From positions 2,067,504-2,091,503 of the forward strand of contig OZ242051.1 of the NCBI GenBank assembly GCA_965205255.1: a stretch of 24,000 nt of DNA, given 5' to 3'. The translations under genes were made by a program, and so were the position numbers. The stretch is from Pseudomonadales bacterium. Its GTDB lineage: Bacteria; Pseudomonadota; Gammaproteobacteria; Pseudomonadales; Endozoicomonadaceae. Shown piece after piece: positions 1 through 9,330 of the stretch. Numbering within the stretch: position 1 is the stretch's first letter; every line of letters starts with the position of its first letter. The notes under the pieces are model-generated. The model did not search any database. It worked only from the letters and a program-made list of their open reading frames with translations, and was not told the DNA's origin.

Positions 1-228
1 CTTGTGAATAATGGAATATCATCTGCTGAACACTCTCGTGTACAAAACAAGATGACACAACAGCTGAAAATCTTAGCGACAAACAACCAGCAGGCAAAAA
101 GAATGAATGTTGAGTTGTTAAAAAAGCTGACGGGTGACACCTCTGTTGCCAGAGATATACAAAAAATAGTGGATAAATCTTTAACCGGTGAGCTTGAGCA
201 GAGGCTACAAAATTTAAGAAAAAGTTAG
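1..228 (+). CDS. 3' end of an unidentified protein-coding gene (partial; start lies upstream of the window)
   Basis: Frame 1 is open from base 1 to TAG at 226-228. The sequence is Q/K/L-rich and coiled-coil-like. No family recognised. Confidence 0.3.
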   Translation, partial: LVNNGISSAEHSRVQNKMTQQLKILATNNQQAKRMNVELLKKLTGDTSVARDIQKIVDKSLTGELEQRLQNLRKS

Positions 229-277
229 GTTCATTGCTGGCTATGATATAATTTACGCGCATCAATTTCAGATTGTT

Positions 278-305
278 CCAGGTGCAATTACCTGGTTATT
301 TATTC
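278..305 (+). terminator. Candidate hairpin, either a terminator or a regulatory element
   Basis: Perfect inverted repeat CCAGGT (278-283), N6, ACCTGG (290-295), followed by T-rich TTATTTATT. It lies 50 nt after the stop at 228 and about 20 nt before the ATG at 326. Confidence 0.3.
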
Positions 306-325
306 ATCAGTTAAATGGTTAGTAC

Positions 326-1126
326 ATGCACGAGACAGAGCGACAGGCTTATCTCAGGGCTATGGGGATTAAAGCCTGGTTTCCCCGGTTTATTATGCCT
401 GTTGCCAAACCTTCCTCCTTGTATGAAGATTTTCAGGAGAAATCGGCAAAAAATGAACCTGTGCATCAAACATCGGAAACCTTTACAAAACATATAGATA
501 CTTCTCTGGTTGCGTTGATCGATAGCGAATCAGACATTAAAAAAGAGACAAACGTAACCCAGCAAGAAAACTATATTCAGACTGAAACAGTCACACCTCA
601 AGATTTGTACTGTGCAGCCCCTTTTCGCTTGGGTGTTGTATCTCCGGCAGAAGATCTTCTGGTGGTAACAGATATACCTCTTACAAAAAGTTCTGGATCT
701 GTTTTGTCTGAATCGTTAATTGGGTTGCTTTCATCTATACTTCATGCTCTGCGATGGGAGTGTTCATCTTCAGCAGAGTGGGAAAAAAAAGCCTTTACTT
801 GGCCGTTGATTGGTTTGGATCAAAATCTAAGTGAACAGGAAGCTAGTGAGGCTGTGCAGGGATTTTTAAATAATCAGTTTGGTTTTTTGCGTCGTAAAAG
901 ACTGTTATTTTTCGGTAGATTCAGCGTTATGCATGGTTTAGTTAATTATGACAATGTTGATCAATTGTATGGCGTACACCGGCAACCCAACGGAGCCGTT
1001 TGTGGTTGTACCTACGGCCTTGATCAGTTGTTAAAATTACCTGATCTCAAAGCAGAATCATGGGTGCATTTATCTCCTATAAATACAAATAATGGTATTG
1101 CTTATGCCACTGAGAAAAATGAATAA
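326..1126 (+). CDS. HolD-like protein (putative long-form DNA polymerase III psi subunit)
   Basis: 266-codon ORF overlapping the rimI start by 8 nt. The N-terminus ERQAYLRAMGIKAWFPR resembles the conserved N-terminal motif of E. coli psi (RDWQLQQLGITQW). holD-rimI adjacency is conserved in gammaproteobacteria. The function call rests on motif plus synteny only. Confidence 0.5.
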   Translation: MHETERQAYLRAMGIKAWFPRFIMPVAKPSSLYEDFQEKSAKNEPVHQTSETFTKHIDTSLVALIDSESDIKKETNVTQQENYIQTETVTPQDLYCAAPFRLGVVSPAEDLLVVTDIPLTKSSGSVLSESLIGLLSSILHALRWECSSSAEWEKKAFTWPLIGLDQNLSEQEASEAVQGFLNNQFGFLRRKRLLFFGRFSVMHGLVNYDNVDQLYGVHRQPNGAVCGCTYGLDQLLKLPDLKAESWVHLSPINTNNGIAYATEKNE

Positions 1127-1535
1127 ATCTGATATTAAAACTGTTGCAACTATGATACCTTCTGTCGAACGTTCTTGGAATACTCTGGCCATTGAGCAAA
1201 GTTTGTTGGTTCATCAATGCTGGATTTTTGAAAAGAATCTGAAGGTATCAGGGTTTGTTATTATCTCTCATGTGGCTGATGAAGCTGAGATTCTTTATCT
1301 TGCTGTTGAGTCAAAACTGCAACAACAGGGGGTGGGCAAAGCAATGCTTCAAAGTGTGATGGCAGAGCTGAAAAAAAGCCAAGTCAGGAGAGTATTTCTG
1401 GAGGTTCGTGCTTCTAATAAAGTGGCTCAGATGTTATATAAGCATTGTCGGTTATTGCCAATGAGCCGTCGTCAAAGGTATTACCCCTCAGAATCTGGTC
1501 GTGAAGATGCTATTGTTTATTCCTGCATATTTTAG
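1119..1535 (+). CDS. rimI: Ribosomal-protein-alanine N-acetyltransferase RimI (GNAT family)
   Basis: GNAT acetyl-CoA motif QQQGVGKAML, plus FLEVRASNKVAQMLY and YYP...GREDAIVY, which match E. coli RimI (WLEVRASNAAAIALY, YYPTAQGHEDAIIM). I prefer the ATG at 1119 (MNKSDIK) over the track start at 1092 because it gives a short coupled overlap with the upstream stop. Confidence 0.85.
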   Translation: MNKSDIKTVATMIPSVERSWNTLAIEQSLLVHQCWIFEKNLKVSGFVIISHVADEAEILYLAVESKLQQQGVGKAMLQSVMAELKKSQVRRVFLEVRASNKVAQMLYKHCRLLPMSRRQRYYPSESGREDAIVYSCIF

Positions 1536-1618
1536 GTCAGTCTGGACAAAAATCACTTTCGTATAATCAATCCCGTTTCAGGTACAAAAAGAAATTAGCA
1601 TTAAGGGAGAAAAACTCA

Positions 1619-2224
1619 ATGGGTAGCTTAAAGGTGTTGCATGATAATAATACTCAATGGATACGAAAAGTAAACGATAAAAATCCAGATTATTTTGAGC
1701 GCACCAAGGGCGGTCAGACGCCAAAGTATCTTTGGATCGGTTGTGTAGATAGCAGGGTACCACCTGAGGTGATTACGGGGTGTGGTCCTGGTGAAATGCT
1801 TGTGCATCGTAATATTGCTAACCAAGTGCAACCAAACGATAGTAATGTACAGGCGATATTACAGTTTGGATTAACCGTACTCAATATCAGAGAGGTTCTT
1901 GTTGTAGGTCATACCGATTGTGGAGGAGTCAGGGCGGCGCTTTCAGGTAATACTATTGGAAATATAGGGAGCTGGTTAAAAAGGCTTGAACGTGTAGTTC
2001 AGATTAACCAAAAAAAAATTCAAACTATCTCTGTTGCAGCAGAAAAAGAGAATACTTTGAGCAAAATTAATGTAATTGAACAGGTAAAACAAGTAGCAGA
2101 GAGTGAAGCGGCCAGGAGTGTGTGGCTTTCAGGAGAGTCACTGGTTATTCATGGGTTGCTTTATGATGTTAGTACAGGTGCATTGAATAATTTGAATGTT
2201 AGTATCAGTGCTCCACCAGAATAA
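1619..2224 (+). CDS. can: Beta-class carbonic anhydrase
   Basis: Colinear with E. coli Can: PKYLWIGCVDSRVPPE, HRNIANQV, VVGHTDCGGV (zinc ligands Cys, His, Cys). Strong SD AAGGGAGA upstream of the ATG. Confidence 0.93.
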   Translation: MGSLKVLHDNNTQWIRKVNDKNPDYFERTKGGQTPKYLWIGCVDSRVPPEVITGCGPGEMLVHRNIANQVQPNDSNVQAILQFGLTVLNIREVLVVGHTDCGGVRAALSGNTIGNIGSWLKRLERVVQINQKKIQTISVAAEKENTLSKINVIEQVKQVAESEAARSVWLSGESLVIHGLLYDVSTGALNNLNVSISAPPE

Positions 2225-2568
2225 AAAGCCCCTTAATTCAGGTGGAAATATGCAATTTGAAGAAATGGTTTTATTGGGAAAAACAATTATTTTTGAAGTT
2301 TTATCAATGGACCATAAAGAGGGTTTGATTGTATCTATTGATGATAAAAACCTTTGTAATTTTCTCTTTGCCATTGTGTTAGTGTTAAAAAAATTAAAAG
2401 ATTATAAGGACTATACGTTTTAAAAACATTGTGTTCTAGCACAAAACCTTGGTTATCGGTTCTACCTAGATAGCTAAAAGCTGGCAGAGAACATCCGTTA
2501 ACATCGAATACAAATACCAACTGCTAAAGTCTGTTTTTGAAAAAAATGGATTTAATTGGGTATGATTT

Positions 2569-2596
2569 TCGACAATTTCTGTAAATCGTATATTAT
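2569..2596 (+). promoter_or_regulatory. Candidate sigma70 promoter
   Basis: -35 TCGACA (2569-2574), 16-nt spacer, -10 TATTAT (2591-2596). It sits about 50 nt upstream of the sORF at 2645. Confidence 0.4.
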
Positions 2597-2644
2597 ATCT
2601 GACCCTGGAGAGGATTGGTGCCTTGGTGGAGGAGGCGAAGAGAC

Positions 2645-2716
2645 ATGTCTTCACCGCTATTGATGATCAATTATTTGATCTTGGCATTTTCACTAGTGTT
2701 TGCATGGAGTGACTAA
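2645..2716 (+). CDS. Candidate 23-aa hydrophobic small protein or leader peptide (MSSPLLMINYLILAFSLVFAWSD)
   Basis: ATG preceded by an unusually strong SD GGAGGAGG 9 nt upstream. There is a single predicted TM-like hydrophobic stretch. The ATG lies in the loop of the small hairpin GAAGA-gacatg-TCTTC. It is too short to appear in the ORF track. Confidence 0.3.
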   Translation: MSSPLLMINYLILAFSLVFAWSD

Positions 2717-2824
2717 AAAGACAGTATGGTTTACTCCTGTGTTTAAGTTAAAAATTTAATGCCTGCTATGCTTAGTTGCGATGGTTGCTCGTCAATTAAA
2801 CCGGCTGGATGGGTAAAAATATAT

Positions 2825-2856
2825 TATTATGTTTGGCTTCAGACATAATATTTTTT
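2825..2856 (+). terminator. Weak AU-rich intrinsic terminator or attenuator candidate
   Basis: TATTATGT (2825-2832), 10-nt loop, ACATAATA (2843-2850), then TTTTTT (2851-2856). It ends only 17 nt before the ATG at 2874. Confidence 0.35.
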
Positions 2857-2873
2857 GAAAAAGGTTTCAAAGA

Positions 2874-3209
2874 ATGTCGCAATTTCCATTTAAGACAAAA
2901 CAAGCATCACGTGTAACTCCGGCAAAAAAGTATGATGAAAACAAACGGACTATTCGTCTAGGGACTGTTAAAAATCCATTGGTTGTCACCGTTCAGACCC
3001 AAGAGAGATGTGATGAGGTGAAGGCTTTATGTAAAGAAAAACAGTGGATCTGCGATATTAGCATTAATGAAGATAAACCTGAAGATATCAGTCAGCTTGA
3101 AGCATTAGAGAATAAGCCTCTTTCTGTAGCCATCAAAAAAAAACCTGGTAGAAATGACCCTTGTGCTTGCGGTAGTGGGAAAAAATACAAAAAATGTTGT
3201 GGTCAGTGA
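2874..3209 (+). CDS. SEC-C metal-binding motif protein
   Basis: The C-terminus [19 protein letters not shown] is the canonical SEC-C / SecA C-terminal zinc motif. The N-terminal 90 aa were not recognised. Confidence 0.75.
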   Translation: MSQFPFKTKQASRVTPAKKYDENKRTIRLGTVKNPLVVTVQTQERCDEVKALCKEKQWICDISINEDKPEDISQLEALENKPLSVAIKKKPGRNDPCACGSGKKYKKCCGQ

Positions 3210-3225
3210 TAGGCGTGATTTAAAC

Positions 3226-3267
3226 CATACACAGCTAAAAAAATTTATTTTTAAGCTGTGTATTTTA
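3226..3267. terminator. Hairpin between convergent genes (possible bidirectional terminator)
   Basis: 10-bp inverted repeat ATACACAGCT (3226-3235) / AGCTGTGTAT (3254-3263) with an A/T loop. The T runs on both sides are short. Confidence 0.45.
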
Positions 3268-3334
3268 CCATTTGCAGATCCCGGATTTTCTTTCTGATAA
3301 GTCCTTATAGTCCTTTATAATATTGTTGTTCAAG

Positions 3335-4015
3335 CTACAAACCACATTTCATGTTTTGTGGTAATGCCTGATCAATTTTTCGGGGATATGAAAGATTAAG
3401 CGAGTTCATAAGTACTTCGTAGGCTTCAGCATCTTTAACCTGTAGCCGTGGATTATTTTTTTTCTCTTCTGCAATAGTACTAACTGTAAACCCTTTGTAG
3501 TCATGGCCAGGATATACCTTAGTGTTTCCTGCAAGCGGCAACAGTTTTTCCTGAATATTTTTAAACGCCTGTTTTGCATTACCTTGCTGAAAGTCGGTTC
3601 GCCCTGTACCTCTTATTAATAGTGTATCTCCGGTTAATACAAATCCTTCATTTGAGTAGTAGCAACATGAATCAGAAGTATGTCCTGGTGTATGCAGACA
3701 GATCAACTCAGAGGTTCCGTAGTAAAATGATTGCTGGTCATTCAGTTTGACCGTTACGCCTTCTGCACAAGTTGTGCTGCTCATCACTATTTCACATCCG
3801 GTCTTTTCTCTGAGGGTTCCGCTGGCAGTGATATGATCTGCGTGAGTGTGGGTGTCCACGGTGGCCAGTAGCTTTAGTGATAACTCATCCAGTAGCTGAA
3901 GATATTGTGAGGTTTTCTCTTTAACAGGATCAATAATAACGGCTACAGCTTCCGTGTCATCACTCAACAGGTATGTATATGTAAATGAGTCTGCATCGAA
4001 CAATTGTCTTAACAT
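3335..4015 (-). CDS. Persulfide dioxygenase (ETHE1-type metallo-beta-lactamase fold)
   Basis: Nearly colinear with human ETHE1: LRQLFD..S.TYTYLL, DTHTHADHITASG, HTPGHT, GDTLLIRGTGRTDFQQG, PGHDYKGFTVSTIAEEKKNNPRL, LPQNMKCG. Confidence 0.9.
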   Translation of the reverse strand: MLRQLFDADSFTYTYLLSDDTEAVAVIIDPVKEKTSQYLQLLDELSLKLLATVDTHTHADHITASGTLREKTGCEIVMSSTTCAEGVTVKLNDQQSFYYGTSELICLHTPGHTSDSCCYYSNEGFVLTGDTLLIRGTGRTDFQQGNAKQAFKNIQEKLLPLAGNTKVYPGHDYKGFTVSTIAEEKKNNPRLQVKDAEAYEVLMNSLNLSYPRKIDQALPQNMKCGL

Positions 4016-4133
4016 TTGCGTCCCTAGCTTAATTATCTGATTGAAAAATTATAGTTATTATACAAGAATCTGCTGCTAATTTTTTATTGTAGGTAACCGG
4101 TAGAAAGTCTTCTTATGCACACCCAGTATTCAA

Positions 4134-5129
4134 CTATTTATTCCGAAAAACAGAAAATACAGCAAGATTGTGAAGTGTTTTTCGAAAAATAGAGTTATCC
4201 AGAATATTGAGTGCATCAATAGTTAAGTTCATCTGTTTTTTTGCTTCATTCATCGTGTAACTCACAGCTCCACTCTCATTAACGGCATTAAATACATCCT
4301 CAAACAAGGATGCATCTGATGTCTCTACAGCTTTTTTAACCAAAGAAGACTGTGCTGGTGTTCCGTGATGAATAAGGTACAATAATGGCAGTGTGATTTT
4401 ACCCTCGTTCAGATCTTCACCTGCATTTTTCCCCATAATCTCCATGTCGCCTGTGTAATCGAGTACATCGTCAACAAGCTGAAAAGCAAGTCCCAAATGT
4501 TTGCCGTAGGTTTGCATGGCGTTAATTATCTGTGAAGGTGTGTTACTTAAAATAGCGGCTGTATGTGATGAAGCTTCAAATAGCATGGCAGTTTTACGAT
4601 AAACAACATCCATATATTGTGTATGCGTGAGTGTTGTATTTTTTATATTCATCAGCTGTAATACTTCACCTTCTGCAATCACGTTCGTTGCTTGGGAAAG
4701 TACCCGCATTACGTCCATGCTTCCTATGCTAACCATTAGTTGAAATGCTCGGGAGTAAATAAAATCGCCTACCAAAACACTTGGAGCGTTGCCCCATAAT
4801 TGATTCGCAGTTTTACGACCACGTCGCATGGATGAAACATCTACTACGTCATCATGGAGTAGTGTGGCTGTATGTAAAAACTCAATAATAGCGGCAAGGG
4901 CAATATGTTCTCGGCCTTCATAACCACAGGCATGGGCGGTAAGTAATACAAGTAATGGACGCAGACGCTTTCCCTTTATCTGAAAAATATGCTCATCAAT
5001 ATCATCTATTAAAGAAGCGTCAGAGTGGAGTTGATTAAGGATAAAATCATTGACCTGAGTAAATTCATCAGCGACTGGTTCATATAAAGACTGTAGGGAT
5101 ATATTATAGGAATCAGGGTTCTTGAGCAT
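4134..5129 (-). CDS. ispB: Octaprenyl (all-trans polyprenyl) diphosphate synthase
   Basis: First and second Asp-rich motifs are present (LLHDDVVD and FQLVDDVLDY). It is divergent from rplU-rpmA as in E. coli. Confidence 0.92.
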   Translation of the reverse strand: MLKNPDSYNISLQSLYEPVADEFTQVNDFILNQLHSDASLIDDIDEHIFQIKGKRLRPLLVLLTAHACGYEGREHIALAAIIEFLHTATLLHDDVVDVSSMRRGRKTANQLWGNAPSVLVGDFIYSRAFQLMVSIGSMDVMRVLSQATNVIAEGEVLQLMNIKNTTLTHTQYMDVVYRKTAMLFEASSHTAAILSNTPSQIINAMQTYGKHLGLAFQLVDDVLDYTGDMEIMGKNAGEDLNEGKITLPLLYLIHHGTPAQSSLVKKAVETSDASLFEDVFNAVNESGAVSYTMNEAKKQMNLTIDALNILDNSIFRKTLHNLAVFSVFRNK

Positions 5130-5145
5130 TGGGTCGCTACGTTAG

Positions 5146-5298
5146 TTTATAAATCAGGTTGCAATTAGTTATTGTGGCAATCCTATGGGGCTGTAAGCGT
5201 TATGTCAAGCCAAGGTATATACAATTTTGTATTGAGGCATACTTTTAGAACTATATAGATATTAAGATGAACGTACTAAATATATTTTTGGTATTAAC
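5146..5298 (-). repeat. Possible degenerate family-1 MITE-like repeat in inverted orientation
   Basis: The ends resemble the family-1 termini in reverse complement: AAATCAGGTTGCAATTAG versus AAATCTGTTGCTAATTA, and TTTTTGGTATTAAC versus GGTTTTGGTATTATA. The length of about 153 bp fits. The interior is only weakly alignable by eye. Confidence 0.3.
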
Positions 5299-5370
5299 TA
5301 TTGCTGTTGTAACTGTTTTGCATTAGAATTTGTTCCCTTGTGTACCGATAAAGCAGCCTGATTTGTCACC

Positions 5371-5427
5371 CTTTTAGTTTTTTTGGATTAATTTTAGTTT
5401 TTTTGGATTAATTTTTTTATGGATTGA
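5371..5427. repeat. 20-bp tandem direct repeat (2 near-identical units plus 1 degenerate unit)
   Basis: Units are cTTTTAGTTTTTTTGGATTA (5371-5390), aTTTTAGTTTTTTTGGATTA (5391-5410) and ATTTTTTTATGGATTGA (5411-5427). They are followed by TTGAGG TTGAGG and lie about 100 nt upstream of the rplU ATG. Confidence 0.8.
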
Positions 5428-5524
5428 GGTTGAGGCTACTTTTTTTATTGGTAATAATAGTAAAAATGCAGGTCGAATAGAAACCTGCTGCCTTTGACAA
5501 AAAGGCTGGATTATGGAGTAATTT

Positions 5525-5836
5525 ATGTACGCAGTAGTTAAAAGTGGCGGTAAACAGTACCGTGCCGCTGTTGGAGATACTCTCAAAGTCGAAAAGCTGG
5601 AAGTATCTACAGGTGAGTCTCTGGAGCTTGATCAGGTGTTAATGATCGGCAGTGATGACAATGTTAAAATTGGTTCTCCTGTAGTAGAAGGTGCAAAGGT
5701 AGTCGCAGAAGTGGTTTCTCACGGTCGTGGCAAAAAAGTGAACATAATTAAATTCAAGCGCCGTAAGCATCATATGAAGCGCATGGGTCATCGTCAGTGG
5801 TTCACTGAAATTAAGATCACAGCAATTAACGGTTGA
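5525..5836 (+). CDS. rplU: 50S ribosomal protein L21
   Basis: [13 protein letters not shown]... is the canonical L21 N-terminus. A GGAG SD is present, and rpmA follows. Confidence 0.97.
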   Translation: MYAVVKSGGKQYRAAVGDTLKVEKLEVSTGESLELDQVLMIGSDDNVKIGSPVVEGAKVVAEVVSHGRGKKVNIIKFKRRKHHMKRMGHRQWFTEIKITAING

Positions 5837-5854
5837 GAAACAGGAGAATAAACA

Positions 5855-6118
5855 ATGGCTCATAAAAAAGCAGGTGGTAGTACCCGTAACGGTCGCGATT
5901 CTGAAAGTAAACGCCTTGGTGTCAAGCGTTTTGGTGGACAGAATGTTATAGCGGGGAATATTCTTGTTCGTCAGCGTGGCACACGCTTTCATGCTGGTGA
6001 AAATGTTGGTATGGGCAAAGATCATACTTTATTTGCCAAGACACAAGGCAAGGTTGTCTTTTCAGTAAAAGGCAAAGAAAACCGTAAATATGTTAGTATC
6101 GAATCGGCAACTGTTTAA
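5855..6118 (+). CDS. rpmA: 50S ribosomal protein L27
   Basis: [24 protein letters not shown] is the canonical L27 sequence. Confidence 0.97.
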   Translation: MAHKKAGGSTRNGRDSESKRLGVKRFGGQNVIAGNILVRQRGTRFHAGENVGMGKDHTLFAKTQGKVVFSVKGKENRKYVSIESATV

Positions 6119-6146
6119 TTTAGGTAGCCAGGCAAGACCAGATTAC

Positions 6147-6176
6147 AAAAAGCCCTGCCCTGACAGGGCTTTTTTA
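6147..6176 (+). terminator. Rho-independent terminator after rpmA
   Basis: AGCCCTG (6151-6157), 6-nt loop, CAGGGCT (6164-6170), then TTTTT. Confidence 0.85.
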
Positions 6177-6203
6177 CAGGGTTGCAACCATTTCAGTTAT
6201 TAG

Positions 6204-7424
<1,221 letters not shown>

Positions 7425-7588
7425 GCTAAATAATACTAAAGTTTGTGCTTGGTATCTGTGGTCAGATTTGATGTGTCACGGAAAGGTTCGGCAGATAGTA
7501 CAGCAGGAATTTAGCAAGTATTGTTTTCTTTGCGCTGAACATTGCATCTAAAATTTTATTTTCTGTGTATTCAATGGATTAACTCCTT

Positions 7589-7657
7589 TTCGTGTTGTTG
7601 AACTAACAGATAATACTCATGTACGCCAATGAGTCAAAAATAGTCCGAAGTATTGTT
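7589..7657 (+). mobile_element. Family-2 MITE-like repeat, right part only (truncated copy)
   Basis: TTCGTGTTGTTGAACTAACAGA and AATGAGTCAAAAATAGTCCGAAGTATTGT match the interior and right terminus of the full copy at 9331-9451. No left terminus is present. Confidence 0.7.
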
Positions 7658-7672
7658 ATGGAAAAGAAATGT

Positions 7673-7698
7673 AAAAAAATACGGGTTGCAACAACCCC
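7673..7698 (-). terminator. Rho-independent terminator downstream of the MFS transporter gene
   Basis: GGGTTG (7683-7688) / CAACCC (7692-7697). On the minus strand this is followed by a run of 7 T (plus-strand A run 7673-7679). Confidence 0.55.
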
Positions 7699-7745
7699 TA
7701 AAAGCATTCTCATAACAGTGGTTAGAAACAGGCTTTTGTATAAGT
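7699..7745 (+). mobile_element. Family-1 MITE-like repeat, right-end fragment
   Basis: AAAAGCATTCTCATAACAGTGGTTAGAAACAGGCTTTTGTATAAG aligns with the right ends of the copies at 9474-9627 and 11017-11152. Confidence 0.7.
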
Positions 7746-7766
7746 TTAACTTTTGTCAGCTTGGCT

Positions 7767-9152
7767 TTATTGTTTGCCAATGTGACGTAATGGTTTTGAC
7801 AGCTTAAGATTTTTCTCTATGCATTCAAGTGAAATTTGTTTAGTTTCTGGTGTAAAAAAACAAACCAGAAATAAGCCTGCTAAACAACAGCAGGCAAAAA
7901 TATAAAATGTATTGCCATACCCAAAGAGATCAAACATACTGAGCGCATAACGACCAATCAGCATGCTAGTTAACCAGTTAGCTGTTGTTGAAATGGTAAT
8001 GCAACTATCTCTGCACTTCAGAGGAAAAATTTCTGAACATATTACCCAGACAACAGGTGCGACAGAAATGGCGAACCCAGCTACGATTAATAACGAGAAA
8101 ATGAGTAAAATATTTTTTTGCACTGTTGTCAGATAACCAATGTTTAACTCTGTGTTAAATAAATACCCTATACATATTAACGACAATATCATTATTATAA
8201 TTCCAAAATACAGCAAGGGTTTTCTGCCGGTTTTATCAATCAGAAAAAGCGCAAATAGTGTGGTAATTACTTTTATCAGTCCTATCAATACAGTATTAAT
8301 ATTATTATTTTCAAACCCAGCCTGATGGAAAATTTTGGTCGAGTAATAAAGCAGCACATTCGCCCCTGTTGTCTGTTGAAGAATCTGTAATAACACGCCC
8401 AGCAAAATGATTCGCCATAGCCATTTATTTTTCCAGATACTGTGTTGTTTTTCCATTTGGATACTTTTTTCTATCTCTGTCAGTTCATGGCTGACATCCT
8501 GTGTGTTTCTTAATGTTTGTAGCGTGGATTCTGCCAACATGGGCTTACCTTTGAGTACTAGCCAGCGTGGACTGCATGGAAGAAAGAAACAACAGATAAA
8601 CATGGTTGCTGCCGGAATAATAATAGAGACCATCATTAGTCGCCAAGAACCATATTGCTGAAGCAGAAAGTTAGATATAAAAATCCAAAGTACACCGATG
8701 GTAATCATAAGTTGATACATGGCAATCATTCTGCCACGTATTTTGGCAGGTGCAATTTCTGATAAATACAGTGGCGCTACAAACGACGACATTCCTACTG
8801 CTATGCCAAGGAAAGAACGTGATGCAACAAGCATGGCGTAAGAATGTGAGGCAATACATAAAAAAGAAGCAATACAGAAAATTAAAGAGGCGATGAGTAA
8901 TGTTCGTTTTCTACCAGCATGGTATGAGAGAAATCCACTGATTGCTGCACCAATAGCTGCGCCAAACAGTAAGGAAGCCGTTACACTTTCGGACTGACCG
9001 GTAGTAAGAGCAAACTCTTGCTGAATCAGCTTTAATGACAAATTGATGAAACCCATATCAAGACCAAATAACAAGCCTGCCAGTGCCACAATTGATGACA
9101 CCAACAAAACTCTTTTATTTGATTTTATATTTTTTGAAATCATATGCATCAT
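7767..9152 (-). CDS. MFS transporter, sugar porter family (GalP/XylE-like)
   Basis: About 12 TM segments. Sugar-porter signatures GRKRTLL, PCSPRWL (a variant of PESPRW), GRKPLL and PETK. The track start at 9158 is TTG, so I prefer the ATG at 9152; ATGs at 9149 and 9143 are also possible. Confidence 0.88.
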   Translation of the reverse strand: MMHMISKNIKSNKRVLLVSSIVALAGLLFGLDMGFINLSLKLIQQEFALTTGQSESVTASLLFGAAIGAAISGFLSYHAGRKRTLLIASLIFCIASFLCIASHSYAMLVASRSFLGIAVGMSSFVAPLYLSEIAPAKIRGRMIAMYQLMITIGVLWIFISNFLLQQYGSWRLMMVSIIIPAATMFICCFFLPCSPRWLVLKGKPMLAESTLQTLRNTQDVSHELTEIEKSIQMEKQHSIWKNKWLWRIILLGVLLQILQQTTGANVLLYYSTKIFHQAGFENNNINTVLIGLIKVITTLFALFLIDKTGRKPLLYFGIIIMILSLICIGYLFNTELNIGYLTTVQKNILLIFSLLIVAGFAISVAPVVWVICSEIFPLKCRDSCITISTTANWLTSMLIGRYALSMFDLFGYGNTFYIFACCCLAGLFLVCFFTPETKQISLECIEKNLKLSKPLRHIGKQ

Positions 9153-9213
9153 CAGCAAGTGTTTAAAACAATCTTAACATCCATAAAATTTAAAGCCAGA
9201 CTATCTGAACAAT

Positions 9214-9235
9214 GATACAAAAACCTGTTTAAGTG
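9214..9235 (+). repeat. Solo family-1 left-terminus-like sequence
   Basis: ATACAAAAACCTGTTTAAGTGT matches the left terminus ATACCAAAACCTGCTTCTGAGT at 17 of 22 positions. It may be the displaced left end of the copy at 9474-9627. Confidence 0.35.
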
Positions 9236-9330
9236 TGTCTAAAATCGTATACTGAGTTGTTGTTGGCCGTATGGTATGTTTGTTGTAGTCTGGTGTTCTG
9301 GCAGAAAAGGGGAAAATATCACATATCATG

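Noticed and set aside
1092-1118. Upstream start at 1092 for rimI, as given in the ORF track.
   Set aside because: It would overlap the preceding gene by 35 nt and adds a non-conserved MVLLMPLRK extension. The ATG at 1119 gives an 8-nt coupled overlap and a RimI-like N-terminus.
2196-2423. 75-aa ORF after can, or a 57-aa version from the ATG at 2250 with AGGTGGA upstream.
   Set aside because: The SD spacing is short, there are no recognisable motifs, the composition is AT-rich, and the long version overlaps the can stop. It could be a real small protein, but I cannot support it from sequence alone.
2448-2545. Possible additional degenerate family-1 remnant (CAAAACCTTGGTTATCGGTTCT, then TAGATAGCTA).
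   Set aside because: Only the first roughly 20 nt and one 10-mer resemble the family. The rest does not align by eye. A similar short palindrome occurs at 10241-10262, so this may be chance similarity between AT-rich palindromes.
5371-5427. Tandem 20-bp repeats considered as a mini CRISPR array.
   Set aside because: The units are contiguous with no spacers, they are AT-rich and non-palindromic, and no cas genes are present.
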